Origin: Botryllus schlosseri
Lineage: Eukaryota
NCBI GenBank assembly: GCA_051294905.1
Contig: CM119386.1
Location: 5,518,001 to 5,582,000, forward strand
DNA: 64,000 nt
Direction of reading: 5' to 3'
Shown here: positions 44,901-55,600 of the stretch, piece after piece
Numbering within the stretch: position 1 is the first letter of the stretch
Layout of the letters: each line of letters opens with the position of its first letter
The notes under the pieces: generated by a model
What the model saw: only the letters and a program-made list of their open reading frames with translations
Database searches by the model: none
Told to the model about the DNA's origin: nothing
Translations under genes and position numbers: made by a program

Positions 44901-47900
44901 TCAGGGTGATACACACCGTGATGACTCAGGTACCAGGTTTTACCAACTGGCCCATCATTGTGAACCTTCTCGGCATATCCAGTTGTGATCATGTCAGACA
45001 TGAAAACTTTGTATTCATCGAAGAACTTTGGATCCTTTTGGAATCTTTTCTGCAGATAATTGATTCTTTGTTTTGCTTGATGTTTGTTGTCGGGCAGTGT
45101 TAAATCCGGATGTTTCAATGGTAATTCCATTTGGTAGTGCCCGTTCGAGTCAAGTAGGATTGTCGATGACACCTTTTCCATAAATAGTTTATCATTTACA
45201 GAGAGTTCAGTTTTGTCATTTGCTATGGAAATGACATCATCGTGACACATCCTGCACAAAGGGTTTGGATTGGTTTGAATGAAATAGGTGTGAGGTTTGA
45301 AAGGTTCGGATTGTTTTGGGCATGTAAACATCCATCCGATGGCACTTTTCACTGCGAAGTAATCCTCAGGTCCGTAGATAGTTTCCAGTGGCTTATGAAT
45401 TTTGGGGTTGTTTTTACCAATCAGCAGACCGATGTCTCCAGAAAGATCTGGGATTGGGATGTCTTCAAATTGTCGAAATTGATGTACATCACTTTGTGTT
45501 GGCCGCAGGTCGTTGTCTAGAGCGATTTTCTTTGTAGATATCAGTGACTTCAGAGGTACGTATTCTGATCCCTCGTAATCAGAAATCTCTAAACCACGAA
45601 CAATGGTTGACCTCTTGGTATTTTTAGATGGTTCGATTGTTTGGAAAGTTACGTTTCGCTCGGGCCCAGCGAGACCGAGTAGTTTCACCAGTTCTTCAGA
45701 TATGAATGAACAATTGCTTGCATTATCAATCAATGCCAAGGTGACGATGTACTTGTCAGTGCCAACGATCCGTAGTCTTGCCAGAACTACATTCAAAGTC
45801 ACACATTCATCATCATCATATTCATTGTCATCGCAGGAAGCACTGAAGAAAGAGGTAGCTTCTTTTGAATCAGAAATTTTGCCTTGGCCTTCAATTTGTT
45901 CATTTGCTGAATCCAAGGTTTTGTTAGCAACCTCTTTTATCTTTTCTTCAGGTGGGTGAAGAAGTGTTGTATGATTGCCTTTGCAACCAGGCCTTATACA
46001 AGCTTGAATGCGTTTGCATGCTTTTCCGAAGTGTCCTGACTTTAGACACTTGAAGCAGAGCCCTTTGGTTTTTACGAATTCAACGCGATCAGGATACTGC
46101 ATTTTGCGGAACTGGACACATTGATTCAAGAAATGCTTTTCGTTGCACATGAAACAAAGTTCCAATGTTGGAGTCACAACTTGTGTGCTGAATGATGCCT
46201 TGGGCTTGCCAGTTTTGAATACACCCGTCACTTGCTTCTTGGATATTTCATGATGAGGGTTGGTATATTTACTAGTGATTTCTCTAATTTTCTGGCGAAC
46301 ATAGTCATTTACATGTTCAACAGTCAGTTCGGTTTTCAGGTCAAAAGTGACCTCCGCCACTAAGGTTCTCCAACCAGGCTGCCAAGAAGGGGGAAGTCTC
46401 TCGGCAATTTGTTCAACCATAGAGCGTGAAACATCACGAATTCTTCCAAATTTGGTCAACTTATTGGTACAAGCAGTTAACGATGCATGAAATAACAGCA
46501 GAGAATCGTTGTCACCTTCTACAAGTTTCAAGCCATTTATAACAGTGTTTATGTAGCGGTCACTTATTTGGAACGGTTGGCCAAAATTGTCTCTCAATAC
46601 CGCAAGAGCTTCATCAAAGCAGTTTTCCATATCTTCACAAGCTTTAACAAAAGTATTGGCAATACCACGGGTATATTGCAAAAGATGCATCAACTTCTGC
46701 TTTTGCGACCATGGTTGACGATTCAAAGTAGCATTTATCATTTCCTTGAATGTATCAAATTCAATTGGGTCGCCACTAAAACATTTTGGTTCCAACTTTA
46801 ATGGGACAATTTGATCACTAGGTTTAACCTGGTGAATGACATACGGATTCTCACATTGAAACAAGCTTGTCGGTTGGTTAGGCTTTACATTGAGATCAGA
46901 GTTTGCAGCTGTTTGAACTGCGCAGCCTGCTGTAGCTGCTTGATTTGAATTAGCTGGCACAAAGGGTTGTACGCTACCAGATGCAAAGGAACTAGGCAAA
47001 TTAGGAGTTATTTGTGTATCAATCATGGGAGGCGCTACAATAAAGCGACTATTTTCGGCATCAATTACAGGCGATTGATTTTTGGGTGCAATGCATGCGT
47101 TCAAACGAGCAGTCACACAGTTACTGTTAGATCTTTCACGCACACAAACATTCTCATTCATAGCATTAGAAATTTGGCGAGAACTGTGAGACATGATATT
47201 AAAAGGAATAGCCACACCTGCGTATGAAGTATTCGAAGATATCGGTGGAGTTACATTTGGAGCAACACTTGTAGACGCTTCAGCAATTGAAGTTATTACA
47301 TTGTTCGTAGGTTGAATAGCAGCACTTGCTTGCTGTAGTTGTTCTGGAACATTGCTTACTTGAGGAGCCAGGCTCCTGTTTTCAGATGGCTGCAGTTCTT
47401 CCGCTGTCAGTTGAGGTGAACTTTGCGTTGATACACCACGTCTAGTGAGTTCTAGTTCTAGTTCACATGTATTTTGCAAATGTTCTCGTCTTACACGACG
47501 AGCTGTTTCGTCAGCATTTTGCTGCATCCTTTGTTTAATCATTTCACATTGTTGATTTTGCCGTCTTTGTAGTTCTTGTTCTTCTTCCTCCAACTTCCTC
47601 TGCTCTTCCTCCAACTTCCTCTGTTCTTCCTCCAACTTCCTCTTTTCTTCATCTAGTTTCTTTCGTAGATCTTCTGCCAACTTCTTTTTTTGTTCTTGTA
47701 GATTGGCTCGGGCCAACGCAGTTTGATTTTTAATTGATTGTATTTCAGTGTTCATTGAAGCCTGGATATCTTCAATATCCTGTTTTGCTCGTGCAGAGCA
47801 TATTTCTTGCAGTTTCCGGTGATAATTTACGACATTTTCAACATTCATTCCACTATAGCGAGATTTAGTAGAATGACTTGATGTAGAAGTACCGGTACCT

Positions 47901-48124
47901 GTTGATGACCGATGACTTGAACTTGATTTGCTTGAACTTTTCGCTTTCAAGTATTTGTGCTCTAAAGCCTTTGACATGGATCTCGTTTGAACTGATGATT
48001 TTGATCTGGCACCATGAGACCTTGAAGACTTTGGTTTGTCTTTTGTTTTGGTGACTTTGTTGTCTTCTTCGCGTCTCGGCGTCACATCCAGATCAGGATC
48101 TTTGGTTTGGTTGTTGAAATCCAT
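41918..48124 (-). CDS. BEL/Pao Gag-Pol polyprotein, 2068 aa (Gag with three Cys-His knuckles, protease, RT, RNase H, integrase)
   Basis: CFMCNEKHFLNQC, CFKCLKSGHFGKAC, CIRPGCKGNHTTLLH; protease-site ALIDNAS; RT LNDLLLQGPDL and FYVDDFL; LHHFSDASE, IPRMELCAA, FWTDST; integrase H-H-C-C, VDCFGP, SDNGSNF, GGVFERQI. PR-RT-RH-IN order plus these motifs is typical of BEL/Pao. Confidence 0.97.
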   Translation of the reverse strand: MDFNNQTKDPDLDVTPRREEDNKVTKTKDKPKSSRSHGARSKSSVQTRSMSKALEHKYLKAKSSSKSSSSHRSSTGTGTSTSSHSTKSRYSGMNVENVVNYHRKLQEICSARAKQDIEDIQASMNTEIQSIKNQTALARANLQEQKKKLAEDLRKKLDEEKRKLEEEQRKLEEEQRKLEEEEQELQRRQNQQCEMIKQRMQQNADETARRVRREHLQNTCELELELTRRGVSTQSSPQLTAEELQPSENRSLAPQVSNVPEQLQQASAAIQPTNNVITSIAEASTSVAPNVTPPISSNTSYAGVAIPFNIMSHSSRQISNAMNENVCVRERSNSNCVTARLNACIAPKNQSPVIDAENSRFIVAPPMIDTQITPNLPSSFASGSVQPFVPANSNQAATAGCAVQTAANSDLNVKPNQPTSLFQCENPYVIHQVKPSDQIVPLKLEPKCFSGDPIEFDTFKEMINATLNRQPWSQKQKLMHLLQYTRGIANTFVKACEDMENCFDEALAVLRDNFGQPFQISDRYINTVINGLKLVEGDNDSLLLFHASLTACTNKLTKFGRIRDVSRSMVEQIAERLPPSWQPGWRTLVAEVTFDLKTELTVEHVNDYVRQKIREITSKYTNPHHEISKKQVTGVFKTGKPKASFSTQVVTPTLELCFMCNEKHFLNQCVQFRKMQYPDRVEFVKTKGLCFKCLKSGHFGKACKRIQACIRPGCKGNHTTLLHPPEEKIKEVANKTLDSANEQIEGQGKISDSKEATSFFSASCDDNEYDDDECVTLNVVLARLRIVGTDKYIVTLALIDNASNCSFISEELVKLLGLAGPERNVTFQTIEPSKNTKRSTIVRGLEISDYEGSEYVPLKSLISTKKIALDNDLRPTQSDVHQFRQFEDIPIPDLSGDIGLLIGKNNPKIHKPLETIYGPEDYFAVKSAIGWMFTCPKQSEPFKPHTYFIQTNPNPLCRMCHDDVISIANDKTELSVNDKLFMEKVSSTILLDSNGHYQMELPLKHPDLTLPDNKHQAKQRINYLQKRFQKDPKFFDEYKVFMSDMITTGYAEKVHNDGPVGKTWYLSHHGVYHPEKKTIRVVFDASAKFNNLALNDLLLQGPDLTNNLVGVLSRFRRNEVAIQGDIRSMFHQVKVDESDRDLLRFLWWKDNDPNQQLETYRMTVFLFGTVSSPSCANFALRTVAEDNKNAYDIDVINAVQKNFYVDDFLDSCEDTPAAIRRVEDVSSLLSKGGFELTKWASNCREVLAAIPESNRAKNLKNIDLLTDELPMEKTLGLAWNIEDDSWCFRVKEKHKPCTRRGILSIVNSIFDPLGMAQTIVQPMKVLMQHLCKNNYNWDDPLPEEATKIWCDWLSQLQKLENFTIPRCFKPSKFGQVTRIELHHFSDASELCYGAVSYLRYVNDAGEIHCSFVCGKTRLAPIKGSTIPRMELCAATISASNNKFLLKELDLPIDDSYFWTDSTTVLRYLTNKDKAFKTFVANRINMIKESSELSDWRYVPSKQNPADIASRGQTVSEFLTCDMWKFGPEFLWKDSSEWPQQPTFLEELSGDDPEIKKPNKLCFLTITTPSSVLDELISKISSWTRLKRVLAWVLRFKSNLLAKVRNKQPNAKLTNKALTLTEVKAAEEMLIRHEQTKHFSEEIERLKTDEQIKRSSPIYKLLPFLDNGTLRVGGRNQNAPIGYDSKHPIIIPKKSPIAELVIRDAHVSCGHSGREYVIAQVRERFWIVTINSKVRSVLKNCVSCRKRQRKPESQQMSDLPSDRVTPNDPPFHAVAVDCFGPFLVKRGRSELKRYGVLFTCLTTRAVHIEIANSLDTDSFIMALRRCIARRGQISLIRSDNGSNFTSGEKELRQNILTWNQTKIQDFLVQKQITWLFQTPCASNHGGVFERQIRTVRKILGALCDEQILSDESLLTLMCECESIMNNRPISTVSSDPHDLTPITPNSLLLLKDKPMLPPGVFNVKDIYSRKRWRQVQYLADLFWTRWKKQYLPLLQIRQKWNEKKRNITVGDVVLVLDQNLPRNMWLLGRVIETLPDKSGLVRSARVFTKTNILKRPINKLVLLCEAPDC
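47585..47660 (-). repeat. 21-bp tandem repeat encoding KLEEEQR heptads in BEL Gag
   Basis: KKLDEEKRKLEEEQRKLEEEQRKLEEEE in the ORF. Confidence 0.8.
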
Positions 48125-48191
48125 GACAATGACAGTTGAGTTTTCTTTGTTGATTGGTGCACTTGTTGAGTGGATTCGTCAAAAAACTTTA

Positions 48192-48648
48192 TGTAACCGC
48201 GAAAGAGGGGTGGAATCTTCCACGTATACACAATGGATATATAACTGTCCTATCCAACACCCCAAGATGACGCGTTTCTGCCTGCTTCGTTAGATTTTAT
48301 TTTATACAGACGAAAAACGGTTTTCTGAAAGCATTAATACACAGCGAATTAACACAAATTGTTTAGTACCGGATAAATCAATATATACTTACTTGACGGT
48401 GTTTCCTTGAGGACAGTTACAAATTTCGAATCAGACTATTCATAATAATTATTTTAGGATCTATAAAAATTGCGAGGTAAATACGATTGAATAAGATTGA
48501 TAGTCGAAATATTAGCAACTGATACAAAGCAGGCAACGAGGGCGAAACTGAACAGCAGTGAACTATATAACAGTTACGTCACAAAGGTCATACAAGGTTT
48601 ATTGAACCGTAACGTTTATGGCTCTTGAAGTCCGAAATCGCGACTTCA
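48192..48648 (-). repeat. 5' LTR of the BEL/Pao element
   Basis: 457-bp direct repeat of 41329-41785. Confidence 0.97.
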
Positions 48649-48653
48649 GTCAA

Positions 48654-48790
48654 TAACGTATCAAGATGAAAGAAGAACGAATAAAGGAAGACCCTCCGCA
48701 ACGCTGATGAACAATGTCCTCAATCGGAACGACACCGACATCAGGACATTCTCAAAAGCAGCACTTTCAAGGGAAATTTAAGTCATAACT
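48654..48790 (+). mobile_element. 3' remainder of the RTE-like LINE beyond the BEL insertion
   Basis: Reading continues across the GTCAA TSD (...ERRTNKGRPSATLMNNV...). A GRP motif is typical of LINE RT C-termini. Confidence 0.7.
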
Positions 48791-48864
48791 TAAATCTTTG
48801 ATGCTCTCTTTTTTGATGGATACTTCCATCACCACGTAAAGCCTATCGTCATCAACATCATCGT

Positions 48865-50090
48865 CATTTTATTGAAAATTTTATCAAAGTGATACACCAC
48901 ACGATTGCGATATAACGAGAAGACATGAAGGTGCAGACATGACGTGGTATGTAGCAGTGTTGGGATCAAGTCACTATTTTCGAGTCACGAGTCATTTCGA
49001 GTCATTGCACATTTTGACTCGAGTCAAGTCAAGTCAATCGATTTTCGAAGGTGACTCGAGTCAAGTCAAGTCAGTCTATTTTTGGAGGTGACTCGAGTCT
49101 AGTCGAGTCAAGTCAAGTCAAGTCACGAGTCAAGTCAAAATTCAAGTCAAGTTGCCTTTTAGAAGTATGAAGCTTGATTACGTCATTGCATTTCGCTAGG
49201 TCTCTGAATAACAGATTAATTGGTCATTGATTCTGAACCGATGAACGAATATAGAGTTGAATATACATGCAATAAGGTCTGTATCGCTCACAAAAACATA
49301 GAACTGTTGAACTGCGTAAGTAATTGCATAGCCTCATTTCATAGTTACCAGCCAAGATAGAGAATCGAGAAACGAATTGAGAAGATGCAATACAGTAGAC
49401 CTACCCATTTATACATATTGATATGATACAATTTGAGTCTGCGCCAATGGTTGAGGAGTATATAAACTCTATTCGATTACAATTTCAATAAAACAAGAGG
49501 TTCGGTTAAGGTAAGAACAGAGAACACAAATATATATTTTGCTATGAAAGTACTTTACTTCTAGTTTACGGCAACGTAAGCTGTAGCTTCGATCACTTCG
49601 TTTTTGGTCAATATCTTTATTGGAGATGGGGGCTCAGTAAAACGCACTATATCATTTAATGATCGGTCGCTCTCATGGGTTACACAAAAGTTTGGCGAAC
49701 AAGATGCAAGATAAGGTGATTTTTACTTGATGACTTTGAAATTGACTCGTGAATTTTGCTCCGAGTCACGAGTCAATCCACATTGCTGATACGCCGAGTC
49801 AAGTCAAGTCAAGTCATTTTAGCAAAGTGACTCGAGTCAAGTCAAGTCATACGAAAAAGGTGACTCGAGTATGACTCGAGTCAAGTCATGACTCGAGTCA
49901 TCCCAACACTGGTATGTAGTCTTTTAATCAGACACCCACCTTGGCCTACAGCATGTAAATAAGAGGCATGCACACTGGATAAAAGAAAGTATAACACAAA
50001 AGTAAGCGACAAAAATGAATGCTGCCTGTTTCGGTAGGCAGGATCGATATGTCAGATTGTGGTATGGTAGTCTCGAGGGCAGACTGGTAT
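48865..50090 (+). mobile_element. More diverged 5'-UTR copy of the RTE-like family, split by a hAT MITE
   Basis: ATACACCAC...GTAG | TCTTTTAATCAGACACCCACCTTGGCCTA...GGCATGCACACTG aligns with 39505-39740. Confidence 0.65.
48955..49911. mobile_element. Non-autonomous hAT-like element, family A, second copy
   Basis: Same TIRs and internal sequence as 4609-5473; perfect TSD GTATGTAG. Confidence 0.9.
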
Positions 50091-51985
50091 GCATCAAGTC
50101 TCGTGAATATTGCAGGACACATCGATTTACATTCCATGATTTTTGGTCTCAAGGATGTTATTTCGTTTGACAATGATTATAATATAGTCGGTAGTTCTGA
50201 TATTTTTATCTGCATCAAGATACACATGTTAACAATTCGACACAAGACATGATGTGATGTAACAGAGTTGATCATATCTTCTGTCACCACTGAACTAGGC
50301 CTACATGTCTAGAAGTAGGCCATATGATTATTATTTTCCCGAAAAATAAAATCATTACTCATGGATATCTATTGATGTTTTGTATGGACGCAGTGATAAA
50401 AAAGAATTCAAAATAACCAATCAAGAACGTCGCTGGAACACTCGAAATCGTCGTCAGCTCAAAGTTCAAGGATGTTCTGATGACGAAGAATGTGCATAAC
50501 GATGTAGTCCTGGTCAAATATATTTTTGGTTCGTTTAAAATGGTTCGGAAACCTTTTACGTCAAATGATATTTATTTATCCTATAGTTTCAATTGTCAAT
50601 ATCAATCCACAGTGACGCCACAACTGTAGGATCGTACCGGCATGGTTTAAAAAAATGCGTGTTCTAAACAAGTTTGTTTTAAATCGATTTTTGTTTATAA
50701 CCGTACGTACCATGAATGTTATTAGGCTTGTGCAACTTGTTTTTCAATTCTGAGTGTCGGCCAACTGCAAGGTCTTGATGAGGCTCCAATGGTGGGAATA
50801 ACGCATTGAAGCTATATTTTTCGTTCTTTTTACTACTCTTGGAGCTATACTTCGTTACTTAAAAATCGACTAACGATAACTCCATTCGGATTCGAGTACA
50901 CGAATCGTCGTGCCCACTGCCCACTGTATGCCCAGTCCTATCAATCAACATTCTTCTCTATACTTAAAATATGTATATATAGCATTGCTTAAAATATGTT
51001 AAGCCCCTTTTCTTCGAAAAGCATTACTTGCGGGTCCACCAGATCGAAATTTTCGAATAGCTCTTTACTGCCCACGGTGCAGAAGCGACTCTGGCCTGCA
51101 CGAAATATTCCCGTGGCTGCCCATTGCGTATTTCCGCTATCCTTCAAACTATTATCGCCGGGACAGTCATAGCAGCGGTGAATATCGTTGCACGGACTTG
51201 GCTGGAGAAAGTTCAGTGAGATATCCATTGCATTCGAAGAAAATCGTTGCAGCTACATTTATCTTGCCGTCGTTGCAAAATGTTAGCAATTCCGTAGCCG
51301 TCCGACTTGACCGCACAATCCCCCGTTAGTACAGAAAATACGTGATGAAAGGACCTGAATGTCACAGAAATATTGCACTGGAGTCCCAATAACAATCAAA
51401 AGAGTCATTCGGTCGGAGACATCCAAATTCACAGCCTCATATTAACCCTTTTGTTTATTGTCATAGTTACAGAGTTTTTGTTTATTAAACAAAAAGGATG
51501 GCGCTTATCGCATGACGGCCGTTTGTGCCACGGTCAATAACATTGTACACGAATAATGACGAAATAACGGAATGAAGTGGATACACTCAGATCACAACAG
51601 GGGATCTCACAAGAACATGATGGTAATAGCATATAGTGTCCTATAGTAATAGTGACAGAGTGAGACTCCTTCAAAAAAATTGGGCTAGTCCAGAGAGTAC
51701 AAAGGCGATCTACCTGACAGATTTCACGTGTTCAACCACAGATGTTACTGTGTCATGGTTTTAAGCAGATCGAGGGTGACTTAATACTGCGTAGAGTTTT
51801 GTTACCCACACACATGCAGGGCTTTGGAGCAGGAGTAAATGTTGTGTTACTCCGGCTCTCTCCTTTATCATAAATTAGATCCAGCTTTTTTGAAAAATGT
51901 GGCGACATAGAGGCAACACTTCTCAATTTTGCAAAGGATTGCTGCTAAGTTACGGAATCTAACTGATAGTAGCCCTAGTAGCACA

Positions 51986-52358
51986 TAGTGCGGAGCATGG
52001 ACCGGAGCCGGATTGGATATCCGGCTGGATTTTTTCAATTTTGTCCGGACCGGATCGGAGCCGGATCAGTACTTTTTCTGATGCGGCTGAAGCCGGGTCA
52101 GTACTTTTTTCATAAAGCCATAATCTTTATGGATAAGCATGACGTTTATAACTAAATAACTTCCAACCAACCACACGTAATTAACCGCCAAGCTAGTGCG
52201 GAAACAAACGAGCCATATTTATGAATTCACGGAGCCACCGTACCGTGTTGGGCCGGAGCAGGATCAGTACTTTTTCCTGATACGGCCGGAGCCGGGCCGG
52301 AGAATTGAACAACCGGATCGGAGCCGGACCAGAGAATTTGTCGATCCGCTCCGCACTA
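51986..52358. mobile_element. hAT-like MITE (TIR TAGTGCGGAGC; CCGGA repeats)
   Basis: 11-bp TIR; TSD GTAGCA(C/T)A, 7/8 match. Confidence 0.8.
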
Positions 52359-52670
52359 GTAGCATAGCATCTTATGAAATATATCGGAGCCGGAGCTACT
52401 TTTCCAACAATTGGGTCCTGCTCGAAACGCTCAGATCTCTTTCAATGATAACCTCGATTTTCGCAGAACTTTGGTAATTTTAATTACACGTGATCTACCC
52501 TCTCAGTTCGGATCTGCACGGTATAGATCAAGAGCACTCGAGAGATCTTTAGCAGTCCTACCAAGTATCACCTTTGTAAACGAAATGATGACAAAACAGT
52601 TTTTCCAATGGATCTATATAAATTTACGTAAAGTAACAAGCAATGAAAAAATAATCCAAAAATTTCAAAT

Positions 52671-55600
52671 TCATCCGCTGTCTTCATCATCACTCCAGGC
52701 GTCCGCGAAAGGATCAAAATTCTGCTGAGGTACCGGATCTTCACAACCAGCCTGGGAGTCGACTTTTGCTACAGGAGCATCCCCAGGCTGAGGAAGCGAC
52801 GCAGACCAAACCAGCACATTGTTATCCTTACCGCCGCTGTACAATTCCTGCATTGACAAAAAATGTTATGAACTTTTGTAAGCAAAGCAATTTTCCTTTC
52901 GTGGAATCACGTTGATAGCAGTTCTAGGCGAGATAGTGGTTGCGTTCAACCGGTACTAGGAACAGTCTCACGAAATTTTATGAGATCAGCGAAGCGGTCA
53001 TCATTACTGGTTACTGTCAATGACTTTTTGTAACAGAACAGACTGGAAAATATGACATTAGTGATTAAAACCGGCAGACAGAACATTTGAATCCGACCAC
53101 TGGGCGTAAGGTTATGCAATATGCTTCATACACTTGGTATTGCTCACAGTTAGCTATGTACAAAGTTTATGTACATTGCCATCAGCCACCAGTGATACAA
53201 ACATGTAGCACGGCACAGAGTTGCCAATTGGCGCAGTTGGGAGCCAAATTTCGGAATTTTGGCCCATTTTTATCTTGGTTGGCATCGGAATTCTGAGTTT
53301 GGCACGTCGGCGGTATTTTGGCGCTTTCGACTTTCTTCAATTATCACAATGAAAGTTTGTAAACAGCGCATCAGATCAGTATCTAGTGCTGCTTACTCAT
53401 ACTCATGCACCAAGGAAGTATTTGATGTTAGAACTAGATCAGGGGTTCTCAACTTCCCTCGCATAACGGGCCGCATTTTAACAGCGGAAGAGGCCGCGGG
53501 CCGCAGAACATTATCACCGTGTATTTTTGGGCTACTGTTCAATTTAGAGGACACTATAGCCCATTTACCAGTCTTATACGGGCATTTAGTACATTTTTAT
53601 GCATTATCAAGCATTGCAGTTACTGTTTTTTTGTGAGAATATCTAACTTCCAGTGGCGCAAGTAAATCCCTTCATTGAGCGTGCATTGCATACTTTGCCA
53701 AGTCGGTATCTGCACATGCAATCCAGGGATATCTAGAACTGCTAGTAGGCTACTCCTAGTTCTAGATATCCCTGCTTCAAACCCTTCCACAAGAGAACCG
53801 AACTCTCTGTTTCAATGCGTGAGCGAGCAAGTATAAAATTACGGCTACTGTTTCGTTACAGAGGCCAATATCACTTCTGAGCAAACCAATCAACTCTTTT
53901 CCTTTCCTTCCATGGCTGGAGCCCTACACCAATAGTTACAGAAGCCAACTTTGTAAAGTTGATGTTTTCGTCCAAGGCTAGGCTAAAGTATACGTGGCAA
54001 CGTGTTTCAGAACATGCGATAAAAGATGGACTGACTTTGCTGTTATTATTCTGGGGAATGTTGAATCAGACAACTTTTGCTTCGAAATTTGTCAGGTGTT
54101 GTTGGACTTGCTGCAAAGTTCCGGAAACAGCGAATATTCGCACAGTACGTTAAAGTTTTATTGAAGTCACACCTTCTCTAACAGATTCTTGGGTTCAGCG
54201 ATATTCCATGCAATTTTGAACAATGCGTCTGTAACGTATTCGGCAATTTTAACAATGCCTCGAAATATGGATTGATGGGCTTGAAACCTAGCTCGCAGCG
54301 GTTTCTCTCAGATCAGGCAATATGTACAATTGTACATTGTACATTGTACAACTCCAGAAGAAACTATCGTGGTGTCATTTTAAGTTTCTACGCTTCGTTA
54401 CAACAACTGTACTTCGACAAATGTGACACATCGGTCTTCCATAACAATGCTGTGCCAGTAGTAATCCCGTTCCTATTGAAAGATGTCGCGGGCCACAAAA
54501 TAATCGTCTGCGGGCCGCATGCGGCCCGCGGGTTGAGAACCCCTGAACTAGATAAATATGGAATTACAGTGGGCATATAGGCGTGTTACGTCTTAACCCG
54601 GTTTGTAATGCTAACGATCATTCACCAGTTTGGCTACTAGACAAACTCTTCCTTTCTTGAACATATGAACCCAAGCCAGGACAAGATCGTCAAGGCATAT
54701 ATACAATTGGCGATGCCACCAAGCGAGCTGATCCATTAGAAAGTTTCCTTGGTTCACCTCCGCTGTAGAATTGTGGACTTTACAGATTCAACTAACTTGA
54801 CCACCCCACGCAATTTGAGCTTAATTGGACTGTTGAAGTTAATTTATCTTTATATATACGTCATTTCGAATATTAATAATTTGGCACCATTTTATGAACA
54901 ATTTGGCACTCGGAGCGTTTCGGTAGTAGGCAACCCTGATGCAGCATACCTGGGCGCAAGGGTTGTACTCGCAGCAAACCGGCCTGTTGAAGTGTCCCGT
55001 CAGTTTTTTAACGACCTCACCCTCGTGCGCGTTCACCATCAGAATGAACTGGTTGCCGGGCACGAAAAACACGCTCGAGTCCGAGGTGCATGCCATTTCG
55101 ATCGGCTTCCGGAAGTCGTTATCTACCCTCCCGAAATTAGTCAGCGTGTTTTCGCCTGGAAGTGAGCAACATGCAGTCATCACTGTGTTGTCGGAAAGAT
55201 TCTGGGAAAGGATCCGTGAGAGCGATTAAATGACGGCATAACCCCGGTGACGCCAGACTGTTGCAAATGCGACACAAGGGCAACGGAAATTGGCATTTGC
55301 TCATTCGAATGCGCCCGCAGTAACATGTCCAATTTCATCGGTTACCAGTGAATTTGGATGGGATAATGCTGAAATCGACACTTGGCGGTCTCTAATCCTA
55401 ATCCTAACCTGCCATAGTGCCATACATCACAATTCGCCCCATATTCAGTGAAACATTCATTTTCGAATTTATTAATACGATATTGATGAATCGCTTTCAT
55501 AAATATAATAGTTATTGCATTTCTAATGCCAAGTGCCGAATTCAACAAGTCACATACATCACAATTCACCCCCATATTCAGTGAAACATTTATTTTAGAA

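Larger units (their letters stand above)
41329..48648 (-). mobile_element. Full-length BEL/Pao LTR retrotransposon
   Basis: 457-bp LTRs at 41329-41785 and 48192-48648 (TG...CA); TSD GTCAA at 41324-41328 and 48649-48653; purine-rich tract AAAGGGCCAGGA next to the 3' LTR; single Gag-Pol ORF. Confidence 0.97.

Noticed and set aside
39480-50090. LINE 5'-UTR copies interpreted as LTRs of a giant element
   Set aside because: The copies are clearly diverged from each other and lack TG...CA ends and a shared TSD.
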